The notes under the pieces were generated by a model. The model saw only the letters and a program-made list of their open reading frames with translations, made no database searches and was not told where the DNA came from. Shown here one piece after another: positions 56,763 through 64,000 of a stretch of 64,000 nucleotides of DNA (positions are counted from its first letter, which is position 1; each line of letters begins with the position of its first letter). The stretch is from the IMG/VR virus record IMGVR_UViG_3300026522_001173; one strand, given 5' to 3'. The position numbers and the translations under genes are program-made. The DNA comes from an uncultured virus (IMG/VR IMGVR_UViG_3300026522_001173) (lineage: Duplodnaviria > Heunggongvirae > Uroviricota > Caudoviricetes).

Positions 56763-57385
56763 TATCTGTACCTCCTTGCTCCGGGTGTTTCTCCATGTTC
56801 AAACCGCGCCTGCCGTGCTGTGCGGTATGCACGCTCAGTTGCAGAAGAATTCATGCTCCATATATAGCTGCTGTCATCACCGAACAGATTAAATACACCG
56901 TGCTTATCCACACCGGGATAGGCGCCGAAATAATCGCCGTCTATGGTCTCAAAATTGTAGTAATTCGGCCATTCCTTGTGGTCGTTATATGCTTCATCAT
57001 GAAGATGATTCAGGATATCCATCATGTTATCGCCTTCCGGTATATTGCCTACAACAAGGACAGCCGACCTTGAAACGCCAATATCAAACTCTCCCTTATA
57101 TCCCATTTGGTAAAACCGTTTGATTTTTTCAGAATCCGCATCATTCATCCTGCCCTTTACCTCAACATAAATATCACATCCTTTTCTGAAACATCCATGA
57201 TTAACAGTTACCCCATGCAACAAGAAGTCGGGCAGATAATAAAGTCCGTCACCAAGGTCATATCCCTCCGGCTCATACTCCCAGTCCACACCGCAGGCAT
57301 CGAAAAATACAGCCCAACGAGCCTCAAGACGGGAGCGAAAAAGGTATCCTTTATACTCCGTCTGTATCGCTTTCAGTTCACTCAT
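56762..57385 (-). CDS. PD-(D/E)XK nuclease-like protein
   Basis: FRSRLEARWA.FFD...WEYEPE..YLPDF...YVEVKG motif. Confidence 0.8.
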   Translation of the reverse strand: MSELKAIQTEYKGYLFRSRLEARWAVFFDACGVDWEYEPEGYDLGDGLYYLPDFLLHGVTVNHGCFRKGCDIYVEVKGRMNDADSEKIKRFYQMGYKGEFDIGVSRSAVLVVGNIPEGDNMMDILNHLHDEAYNDHKEWPNYYNFETIDGDYFGAYPGVDKHGVFNLFGDDSSYIWSMNSSATERAYRTARQARFEHGETPGARRYR

Positions 57386-57741
57386 AACGACTCCACCTCC
57401 TGAAACTTGCTGTTGAAATATCGAATCATTTGTCTTCGTTTCTTCGCTACCTCAATCTCCGTTCGCATTCCGGCGGAAACGGTATCGCCGAATACCCACA
57501 ATTCGCTGCACTTGCCAAGGAGAACGATATCCATAAACAGTGCCAACTCACGTTCTGCGGGATCATCCTCATTTACGAACTGGGGAAACATCAGATGCGG
57601 AGCAAGGGGTATCTGTCCCTTCTCCAAAGCGAACCTGCAGCACTTACGCGCCTTTTCTGTATTGCTTGGTACATCGCCGGATAGTGGGCTGCAAATGTAA
57701 ACGAGCGGCCTGTATGTCCGGTCTTTCGGTTTGTTTGACAT
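57382..57741 (-). CDS. Nucleoside 2-deoxyribosyltransferase-like protein (DUF4406-like)
   Basis: VYICSP..G, P.APH and LL.KC.ELWVFG...S.GM..EI..A motifs. Confidence 0.75.
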   Translation of the reverse strand: MSNKPKDRTYRPLVYICSPLSGDVPSNTEKARKCCRFALEKGQIPLAPHLMFPQFVNEDDPAERELALFMDIVLLGKCSELWVFGDTVSAGMRTEIEVAKKRRQMIRYFNSKFQEVESL

Positions 57742-57779
57742 ATCAACTGCCTCCTTATAAAAAGATTTGCCGAGGCTAA

Positions 57780-57926
57780 GCCTCTAATACCCTCAGTGTT
57801 TCAGGCGACCAGCCTCTCATCAATATCGAGGAAATGAGCGTCAGAAGCGACGACGATATCCGGAAGATTTCTCAGCAGCTCAATACTCTTCTGACTGCCG
57901 GACGCAGGGCGAAAGGACTGGTGTAA
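57780..57926 (+). pseudogene. C-terminal remnant of a tape measure gene
   Basis: SGDQPLINIEEMSVRSDDDIRKISQQLNTLLTAGRRAKGLV* ends 1 nt before Dit. An in-frame TAA at 57777 leaves no room for the rest of the gene. Confidence 0.75.
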
Positions 57927-57927
57927 C

Positions 57928-58707
57928 ATGGGATTTTCATTTAACGGAACAACCTCCCAGTCTATGGGACTTGCGACAAGAATTACAAACGAATACCGTA
58001 TGCCGGATCTTAGAAACAACACGATCACCATGCCCGGACGGCACGGTGTATTTGATTTTGGAGAAACGGTATCTGAGCGAAAGATACTGATTTCCTGCTT
58101 CATTCCTCCGGGAAAGACAGACGAGCAGTTTCTTTCAAAGAAGGACGCTATTATTGAATGGCTGAATCCGGATAACGGCCTCTGCCAGCTCATTCTGGAC
58201 AAGGAACCGGGACGAGTGTATGAAGCAAGGCTTACGTCCGGATTCTCCTTTGACCGGGCAGTCCGTAATTCCTGCACCTTCGATTTGGAATTTTTCTGCC
58301 CAGACCCTTATGGCTATGCCATATCAGACGAGACCTTTGATTTTGCGGAAACCGGAACCTTTACTGCGTCTCGCGCTCTTGGGAATATCGAGTCCTACCC
58401 GGTCTACTCCTTAACGGGTGTAATTCCTTCCGGGACGGACTCGTATATCTCCATAACCACAAACGGCAGTGAGCTTCAGATCATTGGACGGCTTGCCGCC
58501 GGAGAAACATTGATTATTGACTCCGATCTGATGACAGCAAAAGTAGTTGATTCTAATGGAGAAACCCTCCGAAACGGTCTCCCGCTTTTGTCTGAGCTGA
58601 ATTTCCCGGTCTTAAATACGGGAGATAATACCATCGTGATTGCTGTGGTCGGTACGAGTACAACATTTACGGAACTGAACATTCAAGCCAGAAGCCGCTG
58701 GAGGTGA
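57928..58707 (+). CDS. Distal tail protein (Dit) of a second phage
   Basis: FSFNG..S, PGRHG, WL...L.LD.EP...Y.A, F.CPDPY and LNTGDN motifs. Confidence 0.88.
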   Translation: MGFSFNGTTSQSMGLATRITNEYRMPDLRNNTITMPGRHGVFDFGETVSERKILISCFIPPGKTDEQFLSKKDAIIEWLNPDNGLCQLILDKEPGRVYEARLTSGFSFDRAVRNSCTFDLEFFCPDPYGYAISDETFDFAETGTFTASRALGNIESYPVYSLTGVIPSGTDSYISITTNGSELQIIGRLAAGETLIIDSDLMTAKVVDSNGETLRNGLPLLSELNFPVLNTGDNTIVIAVVGTSTTFTELNIQARSRWR

Positions 58708-58713
58708 TATTGC

Positions 58714-61236
58714 ATGGCTCTTAAAAATATATTGAATACCCAAGATGCCTTCACCGGCGAGTTTCCGGCTGCATGGGCTCCAGACGGTCTCTGGCGCTTT
58801 AACGAGTCCGAACCGGATGCAGATGATTATCTGGCGGATTCCTCCGGGAAGGATCGCAAGGCATATATTCATAACTGGAGCGGAACAACCGCAGATATGA
58901 AAACAGGCAATTTCGGTCGCTATTTTCAGATGAACATCAATAATCCTTCATCGGAGAAAACCTACCTGAAAGTAGAAAACGACGGCAGCATCTTCTCAAA
59001 CCTCGGTGAAACCATCGTGGTCGGCGGCTGGATGAAGCCTACGACATATTCAGTCGGCAACACCTATACTCCGATCTTGAATACCCGCTACGGTTCCGGG
59101 CAGCCGATTTTCTATCTGTCGCTGATCAGAGGAAAACCGAGGATTATGCTGTATAGCTCCTCCGGTTCTCTGATCCTCGATACGTCTGTAACGCCATCAT
59201 TCTCTTTGCTAAACGGCTACTGGTATTTTATCGCATGCGTGATTAAGCCAAATGCCAAGACAGCGCAATACATCCTTGGCGATAAGAGCTCCGGCACGAT
59301 TTGGCAGTCAAGTGTGCTGACCTTTACCGGAGAGCTGAACCGTAGCTGCGTGGCTGACCTCATCTGGGGAATGCACGCGGACTCCTACTGGTACGCAGGC
59401 GGCTTTGATGACTGGTTCCTCGACTGCGATTCTGATCTAACCGCCGATGACCTTGCAGAATATTTTCTGGAATCGCTCTCCGCAAACGGTGCAGATCTGA
59501 CCGGTGATGTGGACGCTCTGACGACACCGGATGTCGTTACACTTCGAGCTACAGACTCTGTCTATCCGTCAAGCGGACAGCTCATTACTGCAGCAAGGGA
59601 CTGTGGCGTGACTGGAAACGGCAGAGTTTCTGTGAAGGCGGATTACTCTCCGGGAGAAACCTCTATCTCGCTTGTGGAAACAGCCACCTCGGACGACCTA
59701 ACCACTTGGACAGAGTGGCAGGCTGTCGGTGCAAACGGCGAGCTGGAATCTCCTGCAAAGAAATATATTAAATACCGCGTCACGCTCTCTACCACAAATA
59801 CAGCAAGGACGCCTACGCTGACATCTATCAGCCTGTACGATAATCCAAAGCCGCTCTATACCAAACTTGGCTATGCAAGACCGGTCATTCTGGACTCAGA
59901 CGGGAATGTGGAAGCCGTGCTGGATAACGCCTATGACATCATTGTGACCAGTGAGATCAACGGCGTGGATGAGCTGGAATTTAAGCTGCCGTTTCAGGAC
60001 AGCAAACGCGCCTATATCGATAACGAAAAGACCGTGCGTATTGTCAGCGACACCTATCGCATCCGCACGATTACGGACGACAAGGAAGAAAGCGGCAAGG
60101 CCATCACCACGGTCTATGCGGAAGCGGCATTCTATGATCTTGCCTACTCCGTGAAAAAGGACGAGATTACCTTTAACGCAGACGCGGCTGATGTGCCGAT
60201 GGCTTATGCCCTGCAGGGTACCGACTGGGATGTGGGCACGGTTAATGTCTCCACAAAGCGTACTTGGACTTGCTCTGAGAAAAACGCGCTGGCGATTCTA
60301 CGTGCAGTACAGAACATTCACGGCGGCGACCTGATTTTTGATAACGCAAACAGGATTGTGAAGCTCCTAACCTTCTCCGGTGAGGATTCCGGCGTACTGT
60401 TCTGCTACAAGAAAAATATGAAATCCATCCAACGCGTCATTGATACGACCAGCCTGATTACAAGGCTTTACGCCTATGGCAAGGACGGCATGACCTTTGC
60501 TTCGATCAATGGCGGCAACGAATATGTGCAGGACACGACCTATACTTCCGAAATACGAATTGCTACGCTGGATTGCTCGAACTTCACCAATCCATATCAG
60601 ATGCTGGAATATGCCAACATGCGACTTGCAGACTATGCCTCTCCGCGTATCTCCTATGTGCTAAAGGCGATGGATCTGTCAGTATTGACCGGCTATGAAC
60701 ATGAAACATGGGCGCTGGGCGATACGGTCATGGTGAAGGATGATGACCTGAACCTGTCTGTAAAGACCAGAATCGTCCGCAGGGAATACAACCTGCAGGA
60801 GCCTTGGAATACGGTGCTGGAGCTTTCCACTACCCTCCGGGAGCTGGGCGATTCCTCCTCACGCTGGGATAGCGCAGCCGATACGCTGGAGTCTACCGAT
60901 CTGATAGACAGTCAGGAAATGAAGGATCTGGTGCCGTTTAATCACCTGCGTAATTCCAGAGCAGATTCCGGTCTTACCTACTGGCAAAACTCCGGATTTA
61001 CCGTGGATGCAGATAATGGCGTATCCGGCACGGCTTCCTTCAAATGCGAAGGTGCGCTGAATACCACAAAGAGTCTTTCACAGACCATAACGCCCGCCAA
61101 CCGGCAGTGCTATACCTTTTCGGCGCAGATTGCCTCTGAGAATCTCTCAAAAGGTACGAATGGACAGGTGGGCATTGAGGTGACCTTTGAATACGAGGAT
61201 GGAACAACGGAAACACGATTTATAGACCTGATCTGA
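58714..61236 (+). CDS. LamG-like domain plus tail endopeptidase/spike (Tal) protein
   Basis: LWRFNE...DSSG and WYFIA...FDD lectin-like N-terminus; EING..EL.F, KN.KSI.R..D...ITRLYAYGKDG tail domain. Confidence 0.85.
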   Translation: MALKNILNTQDAFTGEFPAAWAPDGLWRFNESEPDADDYLADSSGKDRKAYIHNWSGTTADMKTGNFGRYFQMNINNPSSEKTYLKVENDGSIFSNLGETIVVGGWMKPTTYSVGNTYTPILNTRYGSGQPIFYLSLIRGKPRIMLYSSSGSLILDTSVTPSFSLLNGYWYFIACVIKPNAKTAQYILGDKSSGTIWQSSVLTFTGELNRSCVADLIWGMHADSYWYAGGFDDWFLDCDSDLTADDLAEYFLESLSANGADLTGDVDALTTPDVVTLRATDSVYPSSGQLITAARDCGVTGNGRVSVKADYSPGETSISLVETATSDDLTTWTEWQAVGANGELESPAKKYIKYRVTLSTTNTARTPTLTSISLYDNPKPLYTKLGYARPVILDSDGNVEAVLDNAYDIIVTSEINGVDELEFKLPFQDSKRAYIDNEKTVRIVSDTYRIRTITDDKEESGKAITTVYAEAAFYDLAYSVKKDEITFNADAADVPMAYALQGTDWDVGTVNVSTKRTWTCSEKNALAILRAVQNIHGGDLIFDNANRIVKLLTFSGEDSGVLFCYKKNMKSIQRVIDTTSLITRLYAYGKDGMTFASINGGNEYVQDTTYTSEIRIATLDCSNFTNPYQMLEYANMRLADYASPRISYVLKAMDLSVLTGYEHETWALGDTVMVKDDDLNLSVKTRIVRREYNLQEPWNTVLELSTTLRELGDSSSRWDSAADTLESTDLIDSQEMKDLVPFNHLRNSRADSGLTYWQNSGFTVDADNGVSGTASFKCEGALNTTKSLSQTITPANRQCYTFSAQIASENLSKGTNGQVGIEVTFEYEDGTTETRFIDLI

Positions 61237-61249
61237 AGGAGGAATTTCT

Positions 61250-61441
61250 ATGGCTTCATTTACACACGTGGCACAGGATGTCTCTCCTCAGTATGGCCGC
61301 GTCACAAAGATCACCATCCGGGTATGCGTGACCGACTGCACCGGAACTGTATATATCACAGATATGCTCCTGCAGGGCGGCTCCATCGCCACCGGCTGGG
61401 TAGGCCATGTATCAGAAATTCAATGGACGGAGGACGGATAA
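61250..61441 (+). CDS. Small tail-associated protein
   Basis: AGGAGG RBS; DCTGTVYITDMLLQGG is paralogous to the N-terminus of the next gene. Confidence 0.7.
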   Translation: MASFTHVAQDVSPQYGRVTKITIRVCVTDCTGTVYITDMLLQGGSIATGWVGHVSEIQWTEDG

Positions 61442-62020
61442 ATGCCGGAGTTTACACGCTTTACAGAGACAATAACAAAAAAGCAGGATAAGCGCGTCGT
61501 AAACATTACGGTAAAGCCAACCGTCATAGATTGCACCGGTTCGGTCTGGTTTACCGACCTGATACTGCAGGAAGGCGATAAAGTCACAGGCTTTGTCATC
61601 AACACCGAAACACTTCTGGAAAAATATGATGGCGATGATGCGAAAGCAGGCAAGAGATTTTATAACGGCATCGTCCGTTCTGCTGCGACCTGCATTATCT
61701 ACAATCTCGGCTCCACTGCTGCCGGTCTTGACTACAAGGTCTATCCGATTCAGGCGATGGCTGCCGGGAGTATATCGCTTGCGCTGGGTGAAGGTGCTCA
61801 TAAGGCAACTTTCAAAGCGGCAGCGGCTGCCGGTGATGAATTTGACCTTTTCGCTTCTACGAGGGAGTGCCTGAAGAACGGCGCTGCAACAGCCAAGGAC
61901 GGCTTTTTCCAATACTCTGCTGCCGGTGACAGCAAGCACCCAATCACAGTCGAGGATAAAAAATCGGCTCGAATCTATGTAGAATTTCAGGAAATGCAGG
62001 ACGGAGGTGATGCCCTGTGA
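61442..62020 (+). CDS. Tail-associated protein
   Basis: 192 aa, coupled on both sides; DCTGSVWFTDLILQEG segment. Confidence 0.7.
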   Translation: MPEFTRFTETITKKQDKRVVNITVKPTVIDCTGSVWFTDLILQEGDKVTGFVINTETLLEKYDGDDAKAGKRFYNGIVRSAATCIIYNLGSTAAGLDYKVYPIQAMAAGSISLALGEGAHKATFKAAAAAGDEFDLFASTRECLKNGAATAKDGFFQYSAAGDSKHPITVEDKKSARIYVEFQEMQDGGDAL

Positions 62021-63789
62021 GCTATGATTATTTGAAAGGCCGCAAGTGCATGGTCTGGACATTCATGGGCAATTCCAGAATGTATCAGGCACTTGCCGCA
62101 TATGGAGACCGCCTGTCACAGGTGGGTCTCTTTTCTTTTAAGGTATCGCGCACCGGTATCATCACGGAAAGCGGCGTGGCTATTTCCAACATGCTGACCT
62201 ACATAAACCGATGGCCGCACATCAAATGGCTCCTGACGATATCCAACGATGGCACGAACAGTATCTTTGCAGCTCTCCGTGATAACACCGACGGCGCTCA
62301 GGATACTTTCCTTTCGGAGATCGTCCGCATTATGGAAAAATACCCGTGGTGCGACGGCATCGACATTGACCTTGAGAAAGGCGACGGATATTCCACGCAC
62401 GCTGCTTCTACGGCGATGTTTCGGAATATCTATAACACAGTAAAAGGATATGACAGCAGCAAGCTCATGAACATATGCCTGCCGGGTATGAATTCCATCA
62501 ACGGCTCGGTCGGAGGTGAAAACTGGTGCGTTTACGGCGATCTCAACGCTTACTGTGATACGGCGGCCATCATGAGCTATGGCATGGCGTGGGCGGGCTC
62601 TGCTCCCGGAGCCGTCTCTCCAAGGGACTGGCTGGAGGGCATTTACGACTACGCGGTCACGGTCATGAATCCGGAGAAGATATTCTTCGGCCTTCCCGCA
62701 TACGGCTGGAACTGGCAGATTTATGACCTTCCTGCAAACCTTGGTAAAACCTATCGCGGCACATCAAATACCTACTATGCGGCAAAGAACTGGATGACCG
62801 GGCAATACAACTTCACGGACGATGCTCCACCGCAGCCCTTCATCCCGATCCTCGCATACTGGGACGATTATGACATGGTACCTTGGGCGCTTCCACAGGT
62901 CTACGACTTCATGGAAGGCAGGGACGCCACAAGCTATGAGTATCCTTTGATGAACGGAACCTATAACAGGCGGCATTACCTGACCGCTTACAGCAAAGAG
63001 CAACACACAGAGTTCGGCACCATTTATGTGGATGCGGATGGAACGACAAGCTCCTACTCCGGCATCGTATCCTTTGAAAACGGCGTGGCCACTCTCGGTG
63101 ATGCTGGCTCTGCCACATATACCTTTTCCGTATCAAGCGCCGGAACCTACGACATCGCCATCCGCCTCTGTTATCCCTTCTGGGATAAAAACGGCATCTA
63201 TGTTTCGATTGACGGCAACACGACGCATTTTACGGAAAGCAGGCTCTGGTGGCCATATTGGAGAAGCACCTTCTGGACGACGCTCGCCAGCAACATTTCA
63301 CTATCTGCCGGGACGCACACCATCGTGATATCCGTAGATGTAAAAGGCGTACAGTTTTACGGCTACCGTGTTTGCAGCAGCTTTTCGGAGGCTCCCTCTG
63401 CAGGCAGCGCGACCTTTACACTCTCTCCACGCCACTTTATCGACGTGGACGGCAACGAGTGTCAGCCGGATAGAGCCTTCAAGCTCACCTGTGAAATGCT
63501 GAGGCGAAAGCCAGACTCTGCCCTCATCTGGTATGAGGATTTCCGGGACTATGGTGTGCTGCAAACAAACTACTGGACGACGCTTTCAGGCTCTTGGACG
63601 GTATGGCGTGAAGATGAATATTCCGAAAGTCGCGTTTACTCTCATCTTGACGGCTCCGGAAAGCTCGCATGGCAATACGATGGTTTTTCCGATATTCACC
63701 TGCGGGCGGCTTGTCCGGGTCAAGTCCAAAATCATGCGCCAGCTTTTTCGCCGCCTCATAGCTGCCCAGGCCAAACAAACGGGCGGTGA
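62017..63789 (+). CDS. GH18-family glycosyl hydrolase tail protein, native sequence apparently cut near 63706
   Basis: DGIDIDLE catalytic motif, IMSYG, EKIFFGLPAYGWNW and a CBM-like segment. The last 27 or so residues are the antisense of the CHC2 gene. Confidence 0.8.
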   Translation: MSYDYLKGRKCMVWTFMGNSRMYQALAAYGDRLSQVGLFSFKVSRTGIITESGVAISNMLTYINRWPHIKWLLTISNDGTNSIFAALRDNTDGAQDTFLSEIVRIMEKYPWCDGIDIDLEKGDGYSTHAASTAMFRNIYNTVKGYDSSKLMNICLPGMNSINGSVGGENWCVYGDLNAYCDTAAIMSYGMAWAGSAPGAVSPRDWLEGIYDYAVTVMNPEKIFFGLPAYGWNWQIYDLPANLGKTYRGTSNTYYAAKNWMTGQYNFTDDAPPQPFIPILAYWDDYDMVPWALPQVYDFMEGRDATSYEYPLMNGTYNRRHYLTAYSKEQHTEFGTIYVDADGTTSSYSGIVSFENGVATLGDAGSATYTFSVSSAGTYDIAIRLCYPFWDKNGIYVSIDGNTTHFTESRLWWPYWRSTFWTTLASNISLSAGTHTIVISVDVKGVQFYGYRVCSSFSEAPSAGSATFTLSPRHFIDVDGNECQPDRAFKLTCEMLRRKPDSALIWYEDFRDYGVLQTNYWTTLSGSWTVWREDEYSESRVYSHLDGSGKLAWQYDGFSDIHLRAACPGQVQNHAPAFSPPHSCPGQTNGR

Positions 63790-63976
63790 ACTCAATCACA
63801 TCGCCGTGAGCCCCGCAGCCAAAGCAGTAGAAATAATCCTTGTTCAGTTTCATGCTGGGGTGCCGGTCATCGTGGAACGGACAGCGGCACATCCCATTCC
63901 GCTGCACCTCCACTCCGTAGTGTTCGGCAGCCTGCGGGACGGTCACGTTTGCCTTTACAAATTCGTAGATACTCAT
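63702..63976 (-). pseudogene. CHC2 zinc-finger (DNA primase-type) gene of another mobile element, 3'-truncated
   Basis: CPFHDD.HPS...FYCFGCGAHGDVI motif with AGGAGG RBS. After DPDKPP the frame runs into the antisense of the GH18 gene. Confidence 0.75.
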
Positions 63977-64000
63977 GTGTTTTCCTCCTTGATTTTTCGT

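Larger units (their letters stand above)
1542..57780 (-). mobile_element. Siphovirus-type prophage with triple serine recombinase; the early-gene end is missing
   Basis: Co-oriented replication, packaging, head, tail, lysis and integration modules. No att sites or repressor were identified. Confidence 0.9.

Noticed and set aside
63524..63701. C-terminal part of the 150-aa CHC2 ORF as real protein
   Set aside because: It is the reverse complement of the GH18 coding sequence beyond the junction.
57780..63710. Invertible tail-switching cassette
   Set aside because: No inverted repeats or invertase at the ends, both ends break genes, and the module is a different tail type.

Overview
Most of the window (about 1.5-57.8 kb, all on the minus strand) is an HK97-type siphoviral prophage of the three-serine-recombinase kind found in Bacillota (Clostridia and streptococci). 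In transcription order it encodes: VapE primase/helicase, VRR-NUC and SNF2; late activator, HNH and TerS; MetK-like SAM synthetase with two DNA methyltransferases; amidoligase and gamma-glutamylcyclotransferase morons; TerL, portal, ClpP, capsid and tail; holin and amidase; a Cas4-like nuclease, SSB and PolA module; and a SHOCT protein with the recombinases. Between the lysis and PolA modules lies a 14-kb, visibly AT-richer cargo island (9934-23948) bracketed by a 46-bp imperfect direct repeat. It encodes a WYL regulator, a stripped-down PolC (PHP plus catalytic core only), two SLOG proteins, a PPP-family metallophosphoesterase, three paralogues of an unrecognised domain, an Ada zinc-domain protein, a HhH-GPD-like protein and an MqsR-like protein. 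Four of its promoters share an 18-bp TG...CCA box exactly 10 nt upstream of the -10 element, the geometry used by WYL activators. This island is the best candidate for an undescribed DNA-damage or phage-triggered system. From about 57.8 kb the sequence switches abruptly to a plus-strand fragment of a different phage's tail module, and at about 63.7 kb to a truncated CHC2 zinc-finger gene. Both joins cut genes and may be chimeric. All calls come from reading motifs by eye; no database search was run.
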